In this document: positions 42,537 through 53,875 of the stretch, one piece after another | Layout of the letters: each line of letters starts with the position of its first letter | How positions within the stretch are numbered: the first letter of the stretch is position 1 | Assembly (NCBI GenBank): GCA_963695855.1 | Contig: CAVOHZ010000006.1 | Coordinates: 32,001 to 96,000 of the forward strand | DNA length: 64,000 nucleotides | DNA from: an uncultured Nitrososphaerales archaeon | GTDB lineage: Archaea; Thermoproteota; Nitrososphaeria; Nitrososphaerales; Nitrososphaeraceae | Reading direction: 5' to 3' | Made by a program: the position numbers and the translations under genes | The notes under the pieces: model-generated | Told to the model about the DNA's origin: nothing | What the model saw: the letters and a program-made list of their open reading frames with translations, nothing else | Database searches by the model: none

Positions 42537-43153
42537 TTATTGTATATTGCAAATAGTTCTTTATATTCTAATACAGTTATCATCTGTATTTGTTTTGTCT
42601 ATAACGTACCAGAGCGAAAGAACATAACATTGTACGAATACAATATATGATGTTATATAAGAATTATAATATGCATATGTTATTGTACTGTCAATTATAT
42701 TCTAATATATCATTCAATAATTTCAAATTCTGAAAATAGTGTATTATAAAAAGTAAGTTACTTGTCTAACTATGTGGTAGATTAATTTCTATATTTTAGT
42801 AATATAGCTATACATATAGAATGTAAAAATAAGACATTATTCAAATCTTTATTCTTTGTTATATTGCAAAATGGGAATATATTATATTAAAAATTTTCAA
42901 CATCATTTTCTATTTTTTCATAGTTATGTCTTACATTCTATGAATCGTTATTATCTGTCAAAATCTAAGTCATAGAAGTGAGGCTAATAGGAAACACCGT
43001 CTAGATCTTCAAATAAAGTGAGTGGAATGTATATTTTTATACATAAAATTGAAATATTCATCTATCACAATATTTTCTGTTGTTATTGGAATTTATAGAG
43101 TGAATTTAGTATCAATAAAAACTTTTTTAACTGATAATTTCTCTTGTTTTTCA

Positions 43154-43435
43154 ATGGATCCTAGTAAAATCAAATGTTCTCATATCCTTTTAAAAAAACA
43201 TAGTGAGGCTTTGGAGATATTGAACAGAATAAAAAATGGAGAAAGTTTTTCTAATCTAGCTAAAGATCTTTCTATCGATAAGGCGAGTGGGAAACGTGGC
43301 GGTGACTTGGGATTTTTTAGAAAGGGAGCCATGGTGAAACCATTTGAGGATGCTGCATTTAAATTACAGAAGGGAGAGGTATCCGAACCTGTAAAAACCG
43401 AATTTGGATATCACATCATAAAAAGGATAAGCTAG
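43154..43435 (+). CDS. Parvulin-type peptidyl-prolyl isomerase
   Basis: KCSHILLK, F..LAK..S.D..S...GGDLGFF, MVKPFEDAAF, PVKTEFGYHII; start at MDPSK. Confidence 0.93.
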   Translation: MDPSKIKCSHILLKKHSEALEILNRIKNGESFSNLAKDLSIDKASGKRGGDLGFFRKGAMVKPFEDAAFKLQKGEVSEPVKTEFGYHIIKRIS

Positions 43436-43566
43436 TCTAAAAAGAAGTTCTTAGTTTACTATGTAACAACGTCTTGTCCTTTTTGAAATAAATTTATGTT
43501 ATACTGTAATCAATAAATTATACAAACATTTCTTTATGAAGATTTAATTTGATAATAAAATTTCAT

Positions 43567-44375
43567 ATGAGAGAGTTCTATGCGGTATTTTTTATTCTTT
43601 CACTTGTTTCAATTATTCTTTTTCCTTTATCACTTCAATTTGTATTCGCGCAGAAAAAAAATGAGGCTAATACATTTCCAGTAATAACTAATATTGGATT
43701 GGAAAATATCGAGAAAAAGGGTATCATTCGTGTGGTAGCATTTATCAGTCGACAACCTTTTACTCAAGACATTCAACTATCAGGAATTAAAATTCAACAA
43801 AAGATATTGCAGTAACGTTCAATGTTGAAAAGGAGACCGATCTTGTAACCGCCGCTCCGCCTGATGAGCTTTTTATCTGTGCATATCATGTTAAGGATAT
43901 CTTAACAGAGTACAATTCCTTTATTTATTATGATTGTAACGAATGAGATCTATTATCCACAGACGGATTATTTAGGAATTTTGATGTTTATGATAAAAGC
44001 AACGTCCTTTATGATCTATCTCAAAAATCTATTCCTGATCCAAAACAAAAGAACTCCTATAAAGTCCTTATCAAAGTAATTGTTCCTCTATCAGATAGAA
44101 AAGATACTGAAAAATTGATGGTAATGGCCATGATAAAAGGACAGATACAAACAGAAATGATGGATGTTCAACAGGAACTAGACAAATCAAAAGATTATAC
44201 CCTTACCAAGGTGTTTGCGTTCAATAAAAAAACAGACATAGGCGCAATAAATATATTAGACAAATTTTTTGCTTGTGTCTCAAATGAAGATCTAGATCCA
44301 TCCGAAGGTACGGAATGTGAAAAAAGGAAGGTTAAAACATTTGGCACGCCATCAAATCCGCTACCTACACGTTAA
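43567..44375 (+). pseudogene. Disrupted secreted protein with two Cys-paired domains
   Basis: Signal peptide; frameshift near 43787; the new frame has one TGA at 43944-43946 and continues into ORF 44115-44375. Confidence 0.7.
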
Positions 44376-44625
44376 ATAAAAAAATTCACTCCGTTTCTAG
44401 AATTTTAAAGTTATTTTGAAGATTTATTATTCTTTATCAATTATATATGCAATTTTCATTCATTTCTTAAATTTCATTTTCTGGCTCTAACAAATATGCT
44501 CTTTGGAATCTGTAATTTTTCCGATGTTCAGTTGCGTCATCATCAACTTAGGAAAATAGTTACAATATTATATTATAGAGAAATCGAGTATAATCTTAAT
44601 ATTTATGTAAATCCGAGTTTATTCT

Positions 44626-45855
44626 ATGAAATCACATAAGGTTGTATTTTCATTTTTGTTGGTTATAACGATTAGTATAGTGTATGCTTCATTATTAAAT
44701 AATTTTCCTAAAGTTTATTCACAGGTTTTTGAAATAGACGAAAATGATTACTTTGAGTTTGACGATACAACCTCAAATACAAATGATCCATCAGAAGAAT
44801 TTGCGAAAAAAGGAAGCTCAGATGGAGATGGAAATCAAAATGAAGATAAAAAAGGTAATGATGATAAAAAATCAAATGATGATAAAAAATCAAAGAAAAA
44901 AAGTAAAAAAATATCCGAAGATGATCCTGCGTCCTATTCTACCTCGCAATACTCGGGAAAATATGATATTAAAGATGTACAACAACATTACGTTCAAGAA
45001 TATTATTTGGATGGTACCTACATTTCAAGCTGGGGATCAAGGGGGACAGGTGATGGTCAATTTTTACATCCGCATAACTTAGCGGTAGATTCTAAAGGGA
45101 ATACGTATGTAACCGATGAGCAGCGAAGCGATGTTCAAAAATTCGATTCAAAAGGTAATTTTTTGCTTTCTTGGGGACAACCAAAAGATGAAAACCTCTT
45201 CTCTCACAAAATGGAGGATGTGAAAGTTGATGTAGATGACAATGTTTGGGTTGTTGACTGGGGAGTGGGAAAAGTATACAAGTTTGATCCAAATGGAAAA
45301 CTTCTCATGAGTGTTGGAAAGAAAGGGAATTCAGAAGGTGCATTTAATAGAATATGGGGAGTTGCCTTCGATTCAGATAAAAATATCTATACCTCTGAAA
45401 AAATGTCTTATCGTATTCAAAAATTTGATCCAGAAGGTAATTTCATCAAAACATGGGGTACTTTTGGGGAAGGAAACTCACAATTTAGACATCTTCATGC
45501 AATCGCAGTTGATTCTAAAGATGATGTGTATATAGATGATGAAGACAACGGTAATGTCCAAAAATTTACCAAAGATGGTAAATTTATAACTAGTTGGGGT
45601 TCTGTCGGTAAAGCAGAAGGTCAGTTCGACGAACCACATGGAATTGATTTTGACTCTAAAGGAAATGTATATGTAGTAGATACACAAAATCATAGAGTCC
45701 AAGTCTTTACGCCTGACGGAGAATATATTCGAAGTTTCGGTGTGAAAGGTGCAGCTGAAGGCGACTTCCTTTTAATTCATGATATCGACATCGATGACAA
45801 CGATATAGTTCATATATTGGATAGTAGAGATGCACACCCGAATAAGATCAATTGA
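44626..45855 (+). CDS. Secreted NHL-repeat beta-propeller protein
   Basis: Signal peptide, charged linker, repeated WG..G...GQF..P..I..DS.G..YV.D..N.RVQ.F. Confidence 0.9.
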   Translation: MKSHKVVFSFLLVITISIVYASLLNNFPKVYSQVFEIDENDYFEFDDTTSNTNDPSEEFAKKGSSDGDGNQNEDKKGNDDKKSNDDKKSKKKSKKISEDDPASYSTSQYSGKYDIKDVQQHYVQEYYLDGTYISSWGSRGTGDGQFLHPHNLAVDSKGNTYVTDEQRSDVQKFDSKGNFLLSWGQPKDENLFSHKMEDVKVDVDDNVWVVDWGVGKVYKFDPNGKLLMSVGKKGNSEGAFNRIWGVAFDSDKNIYTSEKMSYRIQKFDPEGNFIKTWGTFGEGNSQFRHLHAIAVDSKDDVYIDDEDNGNVQKFTKDGKFITSWGSVGKAEGQFDEPHGIDFDSKGNVYVVDTQNHRVQVFTPDGEYIRSFGVKGAAEGDFLLIHDIDIDDNDIVHILDSRDAHPNKIN

Positions 45856-46023
45856 TCTTTAGTGACGTTATATCAATTAAAGTGAAGAAATAAAATTACT
45901 TCCTTAAATTATCATTTGGCGTCAAGAAATTGAGGCAAGATTGAGAAACATTTTAAAACAGTATTTGAAGTTTCATAATAATTTAGCATCAATTAAAAAT
46001 AATTATTATCATTCAAAAGAGAG

Positions 46024-46761
46024 TTAACAATAGAAACTTCCCTTTATTTCACATACTAGATCTCTTACATCGCTATTAACATAACTTGAATCTCTTTTAG
46101 AGTCAAAATCATTTTGTAATTGTTTTATCTTATCTAGGATTTGTTCTTCATTTTCATTTAAAGTATTGAAATTTTCCAATAATATTACAGCTCTTTTGAA
46201 AAACTGTTGTGCATCTTGATACTCTAATAAATTAACAATTTTTCCTTCAAAGATAGATTCTGTATACTCATCCTCTGCCGAATTAATTAGTTCGGCGGTA
46301 ACATTTAAAATATATCCACTATTTGTCATTTTTTCAGCAGGTATTGTTTGTTCAAGTGAATTTTCTAATATTTTTGTTAACTTTGTTTTTTCATTGACGG
46401 CTTCATTAAGCGAATTTGAACCAATAGATGTTGCATAGCTCTTCAATTCATTAGACAATTCATTACTTAATGTGGAATTCGTTTGAATTAATCTTTCATT
46501 GATCGTTTCAAGAGTTTCTTCAATAGGATGTAACGCATGTGCAATTGCAAGCATGATATTGTTATTCTGTTTGTTTTCTACTGATGCGTTCAGATGTCCT
46601 ATCATTTGTTCGATATAGGAGTGAAACTCATAGTCGCTGAGCTTACTATTAATATTTTGTGCATGAACTATGTCATGTTCAAAAGGTGGATGATAAGTTA
46701 GCAATAATAATAAATATATACACATTAAGATTTCAAAATAATAACCTAATGTCATATCCAT
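46024..46761 (-). CDS. Secreted helical protein with an HxxEE motif (possible metal binding)
   Basis: EQM.GHL, AHALHPIEE, A..EY.E, EYQDA..F. Confidence 0.6.
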   Translation of the reverse strand: MDMTLGYYFEILMCIYLLLLLTYHPPFEHDIVHAQNINSKLSDYEFHSYIEQMIGHLNASVENKQNNNIMLAIAHALHPIEETLETINERLIQTNSTLSNELSNELKSYATSIGSNSLNEAVNEKTKLTKILENSLEQTIPAEKMTNSGYILNVTAELINSAEDEYTESIFEGKIVNLLEYQDAQQFFKRAVILLENFNTLNENEEQILDKIKQLQNDFDSKRDSSYVNSDVRDLVCEIKGSFYC

Positions 46762-47080
46762 TAGTAATATATCTTCTATTATATTTATCCTATATTTTTT
46801 TCAAAATCAAGAATTATAGTGATTGATATTTTCATTTTCTATACTAAATTTTCTCATATTCTCTTTTCATATTAGATGTTAAAAAAAAACTGAAAGTGTA
46901 TCACTAGGTGAGTAAAGTATCGTGAAATATAATGAAATATCCTGCTCTCAATCGCATACATTATATGTTTGTCATTATGAAAAAATATTAGAAAGGAATT
47001 ACGGCAGATCTGTTAAGTTAAATAAAATACTTCTCACGTTTTCCGTGCCCTTTGTAAAAAAAATAAACAAGTGAAATACA

Positions 47081-48487
47081 ATGACAACAACATTTGATAA
47101 ATTAGGTATAGGTGCACCTATTATTCAAGCACTAAAAGAAATCGGATTCGACATCCCGTTTCCTATCCAACAAGCAGCCATTCCATTTTTGTTAAAGGGA
47201 GTTGATGTAGTTGGTCAGGCACATACAGGAACAGGTAAAACCGCAGCTTTTTCATTGCCAATATTGAGCAAGATAAAGAACAAGGGTCCAATACAGGCAC
47301 TGATAATTGTCCCTACAAGGGAATTAGCAATGCAAGTTACAACCGAGATCAACAAATTTGCAAAATATACTGGAATTAGAACTGTCTCTATTTATGGTGG
47401 ACAGAGTATTAATCTACAGTTTGATCATTTAAGAAGAGGAGTCCAGATATTAGTTGCGACTCCTGGTAGATTGATAGATCATATAAAACGAGGTACAATA
47501 AATCTAGAAGAAGTAAAATATGTTGTCCTAGATGAAGCAGATAGAATGCTTGATATGGGATTTATAAAAGATATTAAATTTATTCTCTTCTATGTTAATG
47601 AAGATAGGCAAACCTGTCTGTTCTCTGCTACTATGCCTCCTGAAATATTAAGACTTGCTGAAGACTATATGAAGGATTATGAAGAGATTAGACTTAACAA
47701 AGAAGAAATAAGTCTAGAGACCATAACTCAGTCATATTTAGTTGTAAAAGAAAATGAAAAATTCAAACATTTATGCAATTTCATCGAAGAAAGGGCTAGT
47801 GATCAGCAAACAATTATTTTTGTCTCTACGAAACAAAGAACACAGAGAATTTTAAATGATCTACAGGACTCTGGAATTAAGGCGATTACTATTCACGGTG
47901 ATTTATCTCAAAGACAACGAGATGATGCGATCTATAGGTTTAGGAAAGGAAAAGAGGATGTTCTCGTTGCTACTGACATTGTATCAAGAGGAATAGATGT
48001 CCCTGCAGTTGGTCATATAATAAACTATGATGTGCCAGAAGATCCATTGGTGTATTTCCATAGAATTGGAAGAACTGCAAGAGCAGGTGGAACTGGTACT
48101 GCTATATCTCTTGTATCGTCAGATAGGGTAGATGATTTTGGGCGTATACTTAGAAAAACTGAATTGCCAATTCGAAGACTCAATGAAGAGATGGGCCTCG
48201 AAGTTCCAGTAAGTCAACAACGTTCATTCCGTGGATATAATAACAGCTACAGATCTGGTTATGGAAACGGTAGAGGAAATAGGAGATTCGGAAGTTCCAC
48301 TAGATATGGTTATCATAATAGTAGATATAACCAAACGGAAGGTCGATATTCACGTGACCATAATTTTAAGAGATATGGATATAATGAAGATCATGATAGA
48401 TCTCATGATAAACATGTCATTCATAATGACGATAAACAGGAAAAACATGGTAACGGCGGAAGACGAGGCTACTACTCTTCCCGTTAA
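47081..48487 (+). CDS. DEAD-box RNA helicase with Arg/Gly/Tyr-rich tail
   Basis: Q motif (PIQ), AHTGTGKT, PTRELA, TPGR, DEAD, SAT, RGID, HRIGRTARAG. Confidence 0.95.
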   Translation: MTTTFDKLGIGAPIIQALKEIGFDIPFPIQQAAIPFLLKGVDVVGQAHTGTGKTAAFSLPILSKIKNKGPIQALIIVPTRELAMQVTTEINKFAKYTGIRTVSIYGGQSINLQFDHLRRGVQILVATPGRLIDHIKRGTINLEEVKYVVLDEADRMLDMGFIKDIKFILFYVNEDRQTCLFSATMPPEILRLAEDYMKDYEEIRLNKEEISLETITQSYLVVKENEKFKHLCNFIEERASDQQTIIFVSTKQRTQRILNDLQDSGIKAITIHGDLSQRQRDDAIYRFRKGKEDVLVATDIVSRGIDVPAVGHIINYDVPEDPLVYFHRIGRTARAGGTGTAISLVSSDRVDDFGRILRKTELPIRRLNEEMGLEVPVSQQRSFRGYNNSYRSGYGNGRGNRRFGSSTRYGYHNSRYNQTEGRYSRDHNFKRYGYNEDHDRSHDKHVIHNDDKQEKHGNGGRRGYYSSR

Positions 48488-49038
48488 ATTCTATGTGATG
48501 AACTAATATCCTTCTAATTTTTTATTGAAAATTAAAGGAAAGATATCATAAAATTCTTCTATCATCTCAAATTCTTACTGCTAATATAGTTTTTTTAAGA
48601 TAATTTGTCTAGTATTCTGGATTATGAAATATTTTAATTCAATATCAATAGAGTTAATTTATAAAAGTTTCAATTCAAATGCATATGGGAGTTATACTGA
48701 CTTTGATTGTAAAAGTACTTCAAATTAACATCTCTAAAGATTAAAAATACTAGATCCATATTCTAAAAATATTCAGTATAGTCTGCCATTGGAGAAAACA
48801 TCCAAAATCCTTTATGCTCTGGGCGAAAAAGATCCAAACCAAACAAACTAGATATCAAATGAAAAAGCCTATCATGCAACAAAGTAGGTTTATAGTTCTG
48901 TCTGTATACTGTTAATACCAGATAAAAATGCCAAATAAATAATAAATTTAACCTTTCTGCTGTTTAATATATTTTTCAAATCTAATACTAATATGGAAAA
49001 ATTATTTGGGCAATCAAAAAAGAATTTGCCCACCTGAT

Positions 49039-49311
49039 TTATAATAAATTAAGCAATCTCAAATAGTTATCTGCTGCGACTCTGTGATAAATTGCTCCAA
49101 TGGTGTTTCCAGAATTAATATCCTTTTCCATATCATCTAATTCTTTATCAAGTTGTTGTTGATAATATTGTCTATTGTTCTCCTGTATCTCTTTCATATA
49201 TTCATCAGATTTTTTTACAAATTCATTCCAATCTTTTGAAATCTTACCCATTAATTCATTTTCTAACTTTCGTTTTCTTTCTAACCTGTTATTTAACCCC
49301 TTCTCAGTCAT
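49039..49311 (-). CDS. Small coiled-coil hypothetical protein
   Basis: 90-aa charged helical ORF with ATG start. Confidence 0.6.
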   Translation of the reverse strand: MTEKGLNNRLERKRKLENELMGKISKDWNEFVKKSDEYMKEIQENNRQYYQQQLDKELDDMEKDINSGNTIGAIYHRVAADNYLRLLNLL

Positions 49312-49373
49312 GTAGTAATAATTTTATTTCTTTGTGATAAAGTTATCTATTTTTATAAAATTATTATTATATT

Positions 49374-50195
49374 TTAGTCTATTTCAAATAGTCTGCCATT
49401 TAGAAATCTTGATACGATTCTATTAAATTCCTGTGTTTTCTCTAGATGAGGATAATGACCACACTGATCAAATATTACAAGTCTCGAATTCGCAATTTGA
49501 AATTTTTTTGCATATCTTAGAGGCATTAGTTTATCATTTCTTCCCCAAATTATCAATGTAGGTGTATTAATATTTAGTCTATCAGTGAGCTGAGGATGAT
49601 TTTTAAGTGATATTAAAGTAGACATGAAAGCAAACTTTGAATTACTCAGATTCATCCTCTTAATAAAATCTTGGATTGAATCTTCTGTAATCATACGCGG
49701 ATCATACACCATCTCATAGTATGCTGTTGCCACATTATAGAACGTGGGATAGAGTGCAGCAGAAATATATTGGTTCAAAGATGGTGTTATATGATTCATC
49801 ATTCCAGCTGGCGATATTAAAACCAGTTTGTTTATATCTTTGGGAAATCTAATAGTATATTCTAACGCTAAAAGTCCCCCAAACGAGGAACCCATAAGAT
49901 GTAAATTATCAATCTCCATAATTTGAAGGAATCTTTGAATAAATTTTATAAAAAAATCCATATTGTATTCTGCATGAGGTTTATCACTGTACCCAAAACC
50001 AATTATATCTGGTACTAATAGTCGATAAAATTTAGATAAAAATGGTATTATTTCTGACCAGCGGTCTAATGATCCTCCCAAGCCATGGAGCAGAAGCAGT
50101 GTTGATTTTTTTGGATTGCTATTCTTTTTACCGGTGTCTAGGTATCTAATTGAATAATCATCAACTTTCATTGTCGCAATATCGCGGTCAATCAA
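49374..50195 (-). CDS. Alpha/beta hydrolase
   Basis: LLHGLGG, PD..GFG.SD, GSSFGG nucleophile elbow, WG.ND, GH.PHLE. Confidence 0.9.
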   Translation of the reverse strand: MIDRDIATMKVDDYSIRYLDTGKKNSNPKKSTLLLLHGLGGSLDRWSEIIPFLSKFYRLLVPDIIGFGYSDKPHAEYNMDFFIKFIQRFLQIMEIDNLHLMGSSFGGLLALEYTIRFPKDINKLVLISPAGMMNHITPSLNQYISAALYPTFYNVATAYYEMVYDPRMITEDSIQDFIKRMNLSNSKFAFMSTLISLKNHPQLTDRLNINTPTLIIWGRNDKLMPLRYAKKFQIANSRLVIFDQCGHYPHLEKTQEFNRIVSRFLNGRLFEID

Positions 50196-50493
50196 ACTAT
50201 AGAACTGATATCAGAACATCTAGTATTTTATCCATTTGAAATAAGTATTAGTGAATATCGGGATTTTTCTGCTTCTTGATTAATTTTTCTAAATTGTTGT
50301 CTTATTTTTTCAAATAGTTAATATAATCTTATTATAATGGACTAATTAAATTATTGAAATGTCTATAACATGTATATTTGAGACCCATTAACAAAAAAAT
50401 TGGTAAGTAAAAATAAACATTTAGCTTGATTTTTTCTTATCGATTTACTAAATATATATATATTTTGTTATTAGTTAATTATATTGAACTAAT

Positions 50494-50982
50494 ATGACTA
50501 ATTGGAATGAAAAAGATGAAAATCGCAAAGCTGGAAATGAACCAGGTCAGTCTACAGCAAGTCAGAGATCTGAGCTATATGACTCGATAAGAGATAATAC
50601 AAATAAGATCATGAATGAAATTGCTAAAACTCAACCTGTGTACATACAATCAATCTCCAATCTTCAAATGGAGTGCATAGAATCTACTAAAGGAGTAGTA
50701 AATACTTATACTACCATTCAAAAACAATTATCAGATTGTTACAATATAAATCCTGTGACTGGGGTTACAAAACAATTCGTAAAACATGGCAATGAATTTA
50801 CAAATAACGTTATAGAATTTAATAATATTAACAACAGATTAGTTTTAAATTTATTGAATATTACAAGCGATAGTATCAAAAACTACACGAAGACATTAGA
50901 TACATTTGTAAAATTCAATACGAATATTTTTGAACAATGGCTTTCGATCTTTAAAAATTTTAAAGTATTTAATAGACCATAA
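50494..50982 (+). CDS. Amphipathic helical protein, putative phasin
   Basis: Similar to 60050-60658 (P.Y.Q.I...Q.E.I...K.....Y/F...QK/EK); about 1 kb upstream of phaE. Confidence 0.55.
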   Translation: MTNWNEKDENRKAGNEPGQSTASQRSELYDSIRDNTNKIMNEIAKTQPVYIQSISNLQMECIESTKGVVNTYTTIQKQLSDCYNINPVTGVTKQFVKHGNEFTNNVIEFNNINNRLVLNLLNITSDSIKNYTKTLDTFVKFNTNIFEQWLSIFKNFKVFNRP

Positions 50983-51152
50983 TCTTTTTTTTGAAAAGGT
51001 TTATAAAGAATAACACTAGAAATTTTTTAAAAATATTATTAGAATTGTGATTGATCTTTTATTATATTACACATTCTTCAATGCCTACCTCATAGCTTTG
51101 AAATAACATAGTAAGACTTTTTTATTTGGTTAAAGATTGTTGAATAATAATA

Positions 51153-51545
51153 ATGGTACCTTATGAATTCATTTATTCATTTACAAAGACTATGATGGGG
51201 ATAGATAATTCTGTCAGATGGGTTTGCGTGACAGATAAACAAGGCACATTAATTAATGAGAGATATCGTGAAGGAATAAAGCTCCTTATGACTGAGGAAG
51301 AAAATGAAGAATACGCTTCCAACGCGATTTCAAGACAACGTACAAGGATGAAATTCGAACCAAAAATAGGAAAATTAATTTATGCTTTAGGAAAATACGA
51401 AAATGTCATTCGAGCTACGATTCCAATAAATGAAGACTACTATTTGTTATTAACTATTGATAGGGAAGCAAGTAATATTGACAGGATACTCATGACTAAG
51501 GTTATTCCAATGATATCTGAGCTAAGGAATAAATTTACTCCATGA
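51153..51545 (+). CDS. DUF6659/roadblock-like small protein
   Basis: VRW....D..G.LI...R.G...L.T.EE...R..F...IGK..Y....YE.V.R.TIP. Confidence 0.6.
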   Translation: MVPYEFIYSFTKTMMGIDNSVRWVCVTDKQGTLINERYREGIKLLMTEEENEEYASNAISRQRTRMKFEPKIGKLIYALGKYENVIRATIPINEDYYLLLTIDREASNIDRILMTKVIPMISELRNKFTP

Positions 51546-51736
51546 TGCAATTGATAACATCATATTTTCATATTTAGTAGATATTGTAATTCAAGCAAAG
51601 ATGGAAAATTTATCTGTCAAAAATAGGTTGTAGCGAATATGAAAATTCAGGGTTATCAATTTTCACATATATAACATTCATTTTCTGCGATTTAAATACT
51701 AATAAATAAATAATCTTCTCCTCCATATTATAATTA

Positions 51737-51865
51737 ATGAATTATGATTATGAAGGAGGAACATTACGCTGCAAGATATGTGCAATGGAATTCGTTACAA
51801 AGAAGGAGGCTGAGGAACATTATAAAAAATCCCATGCTGATAAAGTAACTGCTGTGGGAGAGTAA
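51737..51865 (+). CDS. 42-aa C2H2 zinc-finger microprotein (below the ORF-track cutoff)
   Basis: MNYDYEGGTLRCKICAMEFVTKKEAEEHYKKSHADKVTAVGE: C-x2-C-x3-F-x8-H-x4-H. Confidence 0.75.
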   Translation: MNYDYEGGTLRCKICAMEFVTKKEAEEHYKKSHADKVTAVGE

Positions 51866-52049
51866 GAAAAAAATTATAATCTATCATTCTAATAAAATAC
51901 ATTTTGTCTGTTCCCTATGATAATAGGCTAACTTTATTCCGTGAACTAGATAAAAAAATATAAATTAACAATAAAAAAAGCATAATAAAGACTAAATTTA
52001 AATAATAAAAGATATATATTTTTTTATATAATCATAATTAACTGGTAAT

Positions 52050-52628
52050 ATGCAAATGGCTTCTGATCAAGAATTTAATAAAAAGTATGAGGAATTGATA
52101 AATAGTTACAATACTATATGGAAAGATTTTTTAAAATTACCTATGGCTGGTAAAAGTAATCAATTTATTCGTACATTTGAAGAAAATCAAAAAATGTTTC
52201 AGGATTTACTCTCACTTTGTTCAAGATTTCAATCTAATATTCTTAATTATTTCATTCAAGTAAATCAAACATATGTGAAATCTATCGCCGAATTGCAATC
52301 TAAAAAACCTGAATTGCCTGATTTTCAGTCAGAAGAAGAGGTTAAAAAGTATAAAAATTTGACAATAGATGTGTTTGAGAAATATTTTACACAGCTATTT
52401 CAATCTAAGGAATTTTCTGTTACCACTTCCGAGCTGCTTTCTAATTATTCTTCCTTCACACATATATTGGGAAAAGCATACGATAATTATTTTAAATTAT
52501 TAAACTTACCTAACAGAGATGAGATAGACATGATCTTAAAGGATATGCAGGATTTAAAAAGAGAGGTATACAAATTGCGCAAAAATTTAGATTTAATAAT
52601 GAGTGAAGAGAAACTTGTCGTTAAATAA
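52050..52628 (+). CDS. phaE: Class III PHA synthase subunit PhaE
   Basis: F..LF.S.EF, LNLPNRDEID...K....LKREV; overlaps phaC. Confidence 0.85.
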   Translation: MQMASDQEFNKKYEELINSYNTIWKDFLKLPMAGKSNQFIRTFEENQKMFQDLLSLCSRFQSNILNYFIQVNQTYVKSIAELQSKKPELPDFQSEEEVKKYKNLTIDVFEKYFTQLFQSKEFSVTTSELLSNYSSFTHILGKAYDNYFKLLNLPNRDEIDMILKDMQDLKREVYKLRKNLDLIMSEEKLVVK

Positions 52629-53769
52629 AGTTACCACTTCTAAAGAACCTGAAATTAAGGTTAAGGAATTATCACCTTCTAATCAAAAGATTGACGATAC
52701 TTCTTCACGGAGCCCCGGCATTTTGGGTGATGGTGAAACAAACAACGATGTGGTAACAAAAATGAAAAAGATAATAGAAGCATATCAAAAATCCATGTCC
52801 CTAGAAGTTGGTTCAACTCCTCATGATGTCGTGAAAGAGACCAGATTATATAGATTGTTACATTATAAAAGTACATTTGATGTACCTATAAGGCCCCCCG
52901 TGCTAATTGTCTATGCCCTGATAAACAGGTCTTATATACTTGACTTGCAACAGGATAAAAGTTGGATAGGAAATCTGGTGAGACAGGGATTCGATGTATA
53001 TCTTATAGATTGGAAGGCTCCTTCTTTAAATGACAAATATGTTTCATTCGATGACTATGTGAATGTTTTTATTGACGATTGTATAGAGTTCATTCGAAAT
53101 AAGAGCTCCGCGGAAAAAATAACGCTACATGGATATTGTATGGGTGCATCCATGTCTGCCATGTATTGTTCTTTGCATCAACACAAAATCAAGAATCTAA
53201 TAACCCTTGCTCCAGTTATAGATACTAGTAAAGACAATACGGTGATCAGTAATTTTGCAAAACATTTGGACATTGAAAACATAATAGATTCTATGGGTAA
53301 TATGCCACCAGAATTACTTCAAACATGTTTTTCTGCATTAAAACCATTTAAACAGGGCGTAAACAAGTATTTTTCGCTTTATGAACATATCAACGACAAA
53401 AGATTTATTGAAAACTTCCTTAGAATTGAGAGATGGTTATCTGATATACCTCCAATAGCTGGAGAAGCTTTTAAACAATGGATTAAAGATATATATCAAG
53501 AAAATCTCCTAGTAAAAAATGAAATGAAATTGGGTAGCGACCTCGTAAATTTATCCAGAATCACTGTTCCTTTTCTTAATCTCGTTGCAAATGAGGACCA
53601 TCTAGTATTTCCTGATGGAAGTGCAGAATTAAATAATCTCGTATCTAGTCAGGATAATAGGATAATGAGGTTTCCTACTGGTCACGTTGGTTTAATTGCA
53701 AGTAGTTATTCGCAAATGAATGTATTGCCAAAAGCCGGAAGATGGTTATTCTTGCGTTCTGATGTATAA
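52603..53769 (+). CDS. phaC: Class III PHA synthase subunit PhaC
   Basis: VGSTPHDVV, PVLIVYALINRSYILDLQ, DVYLIDW, GYCMG, DHLV, TGHVGL. Confidence 0.93.
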   Translation: MKRNLSLNKVTTSKEPEIKVKELSPSNQKIDDTSSRSPGILGDGETNNDVVTKMKKIIEAYQKSMSLEVGSTPHDVVKETRLYRLLHYKSTFDVPIRPPVLIVYALINRSYILDLQQDKSWIGNLVRQGFDVYLIDWKAPSLNDKYVSFDDYVNVFIDDCIEFIRNKSSAEKITLHGYCMGASMSAMYCSLHQHKIKNLITLAPVIDTSKDNTVISNFAKHLDIENIIDSMGNMPPELLQTCFSALKPFKQGVNKYFSLYEHINDKRFIENFLRIERWLSDIPPIAGEAFKQWIKDIYQENLLVKNEMKLGSDLVNLSRITVPFLNLVANEDHLVFPDGSAELNNLVSSQDNRIMRFPTGHVGLIASSYSQMNVLPKAGRWLFLRSDV

Positions 53770-53875
53770 CAATAGTTTGTATAGTTGGAATAATTCAGAA
53801 TAACACGTTTTATGATTAGTTCATTAAAACAATCAAATATCGTTTATATGAATTAATCGTCATTGCTAAAATAGA

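Noticed and set aside
43944-43946. In-frame TGA (and the TAG at 62063) as selenocysteine/pyrrolysine recoding
   Set aside because: The first gene also has a frameshift, both stops are one substitution from sense codons, and no recoding machinery is seen
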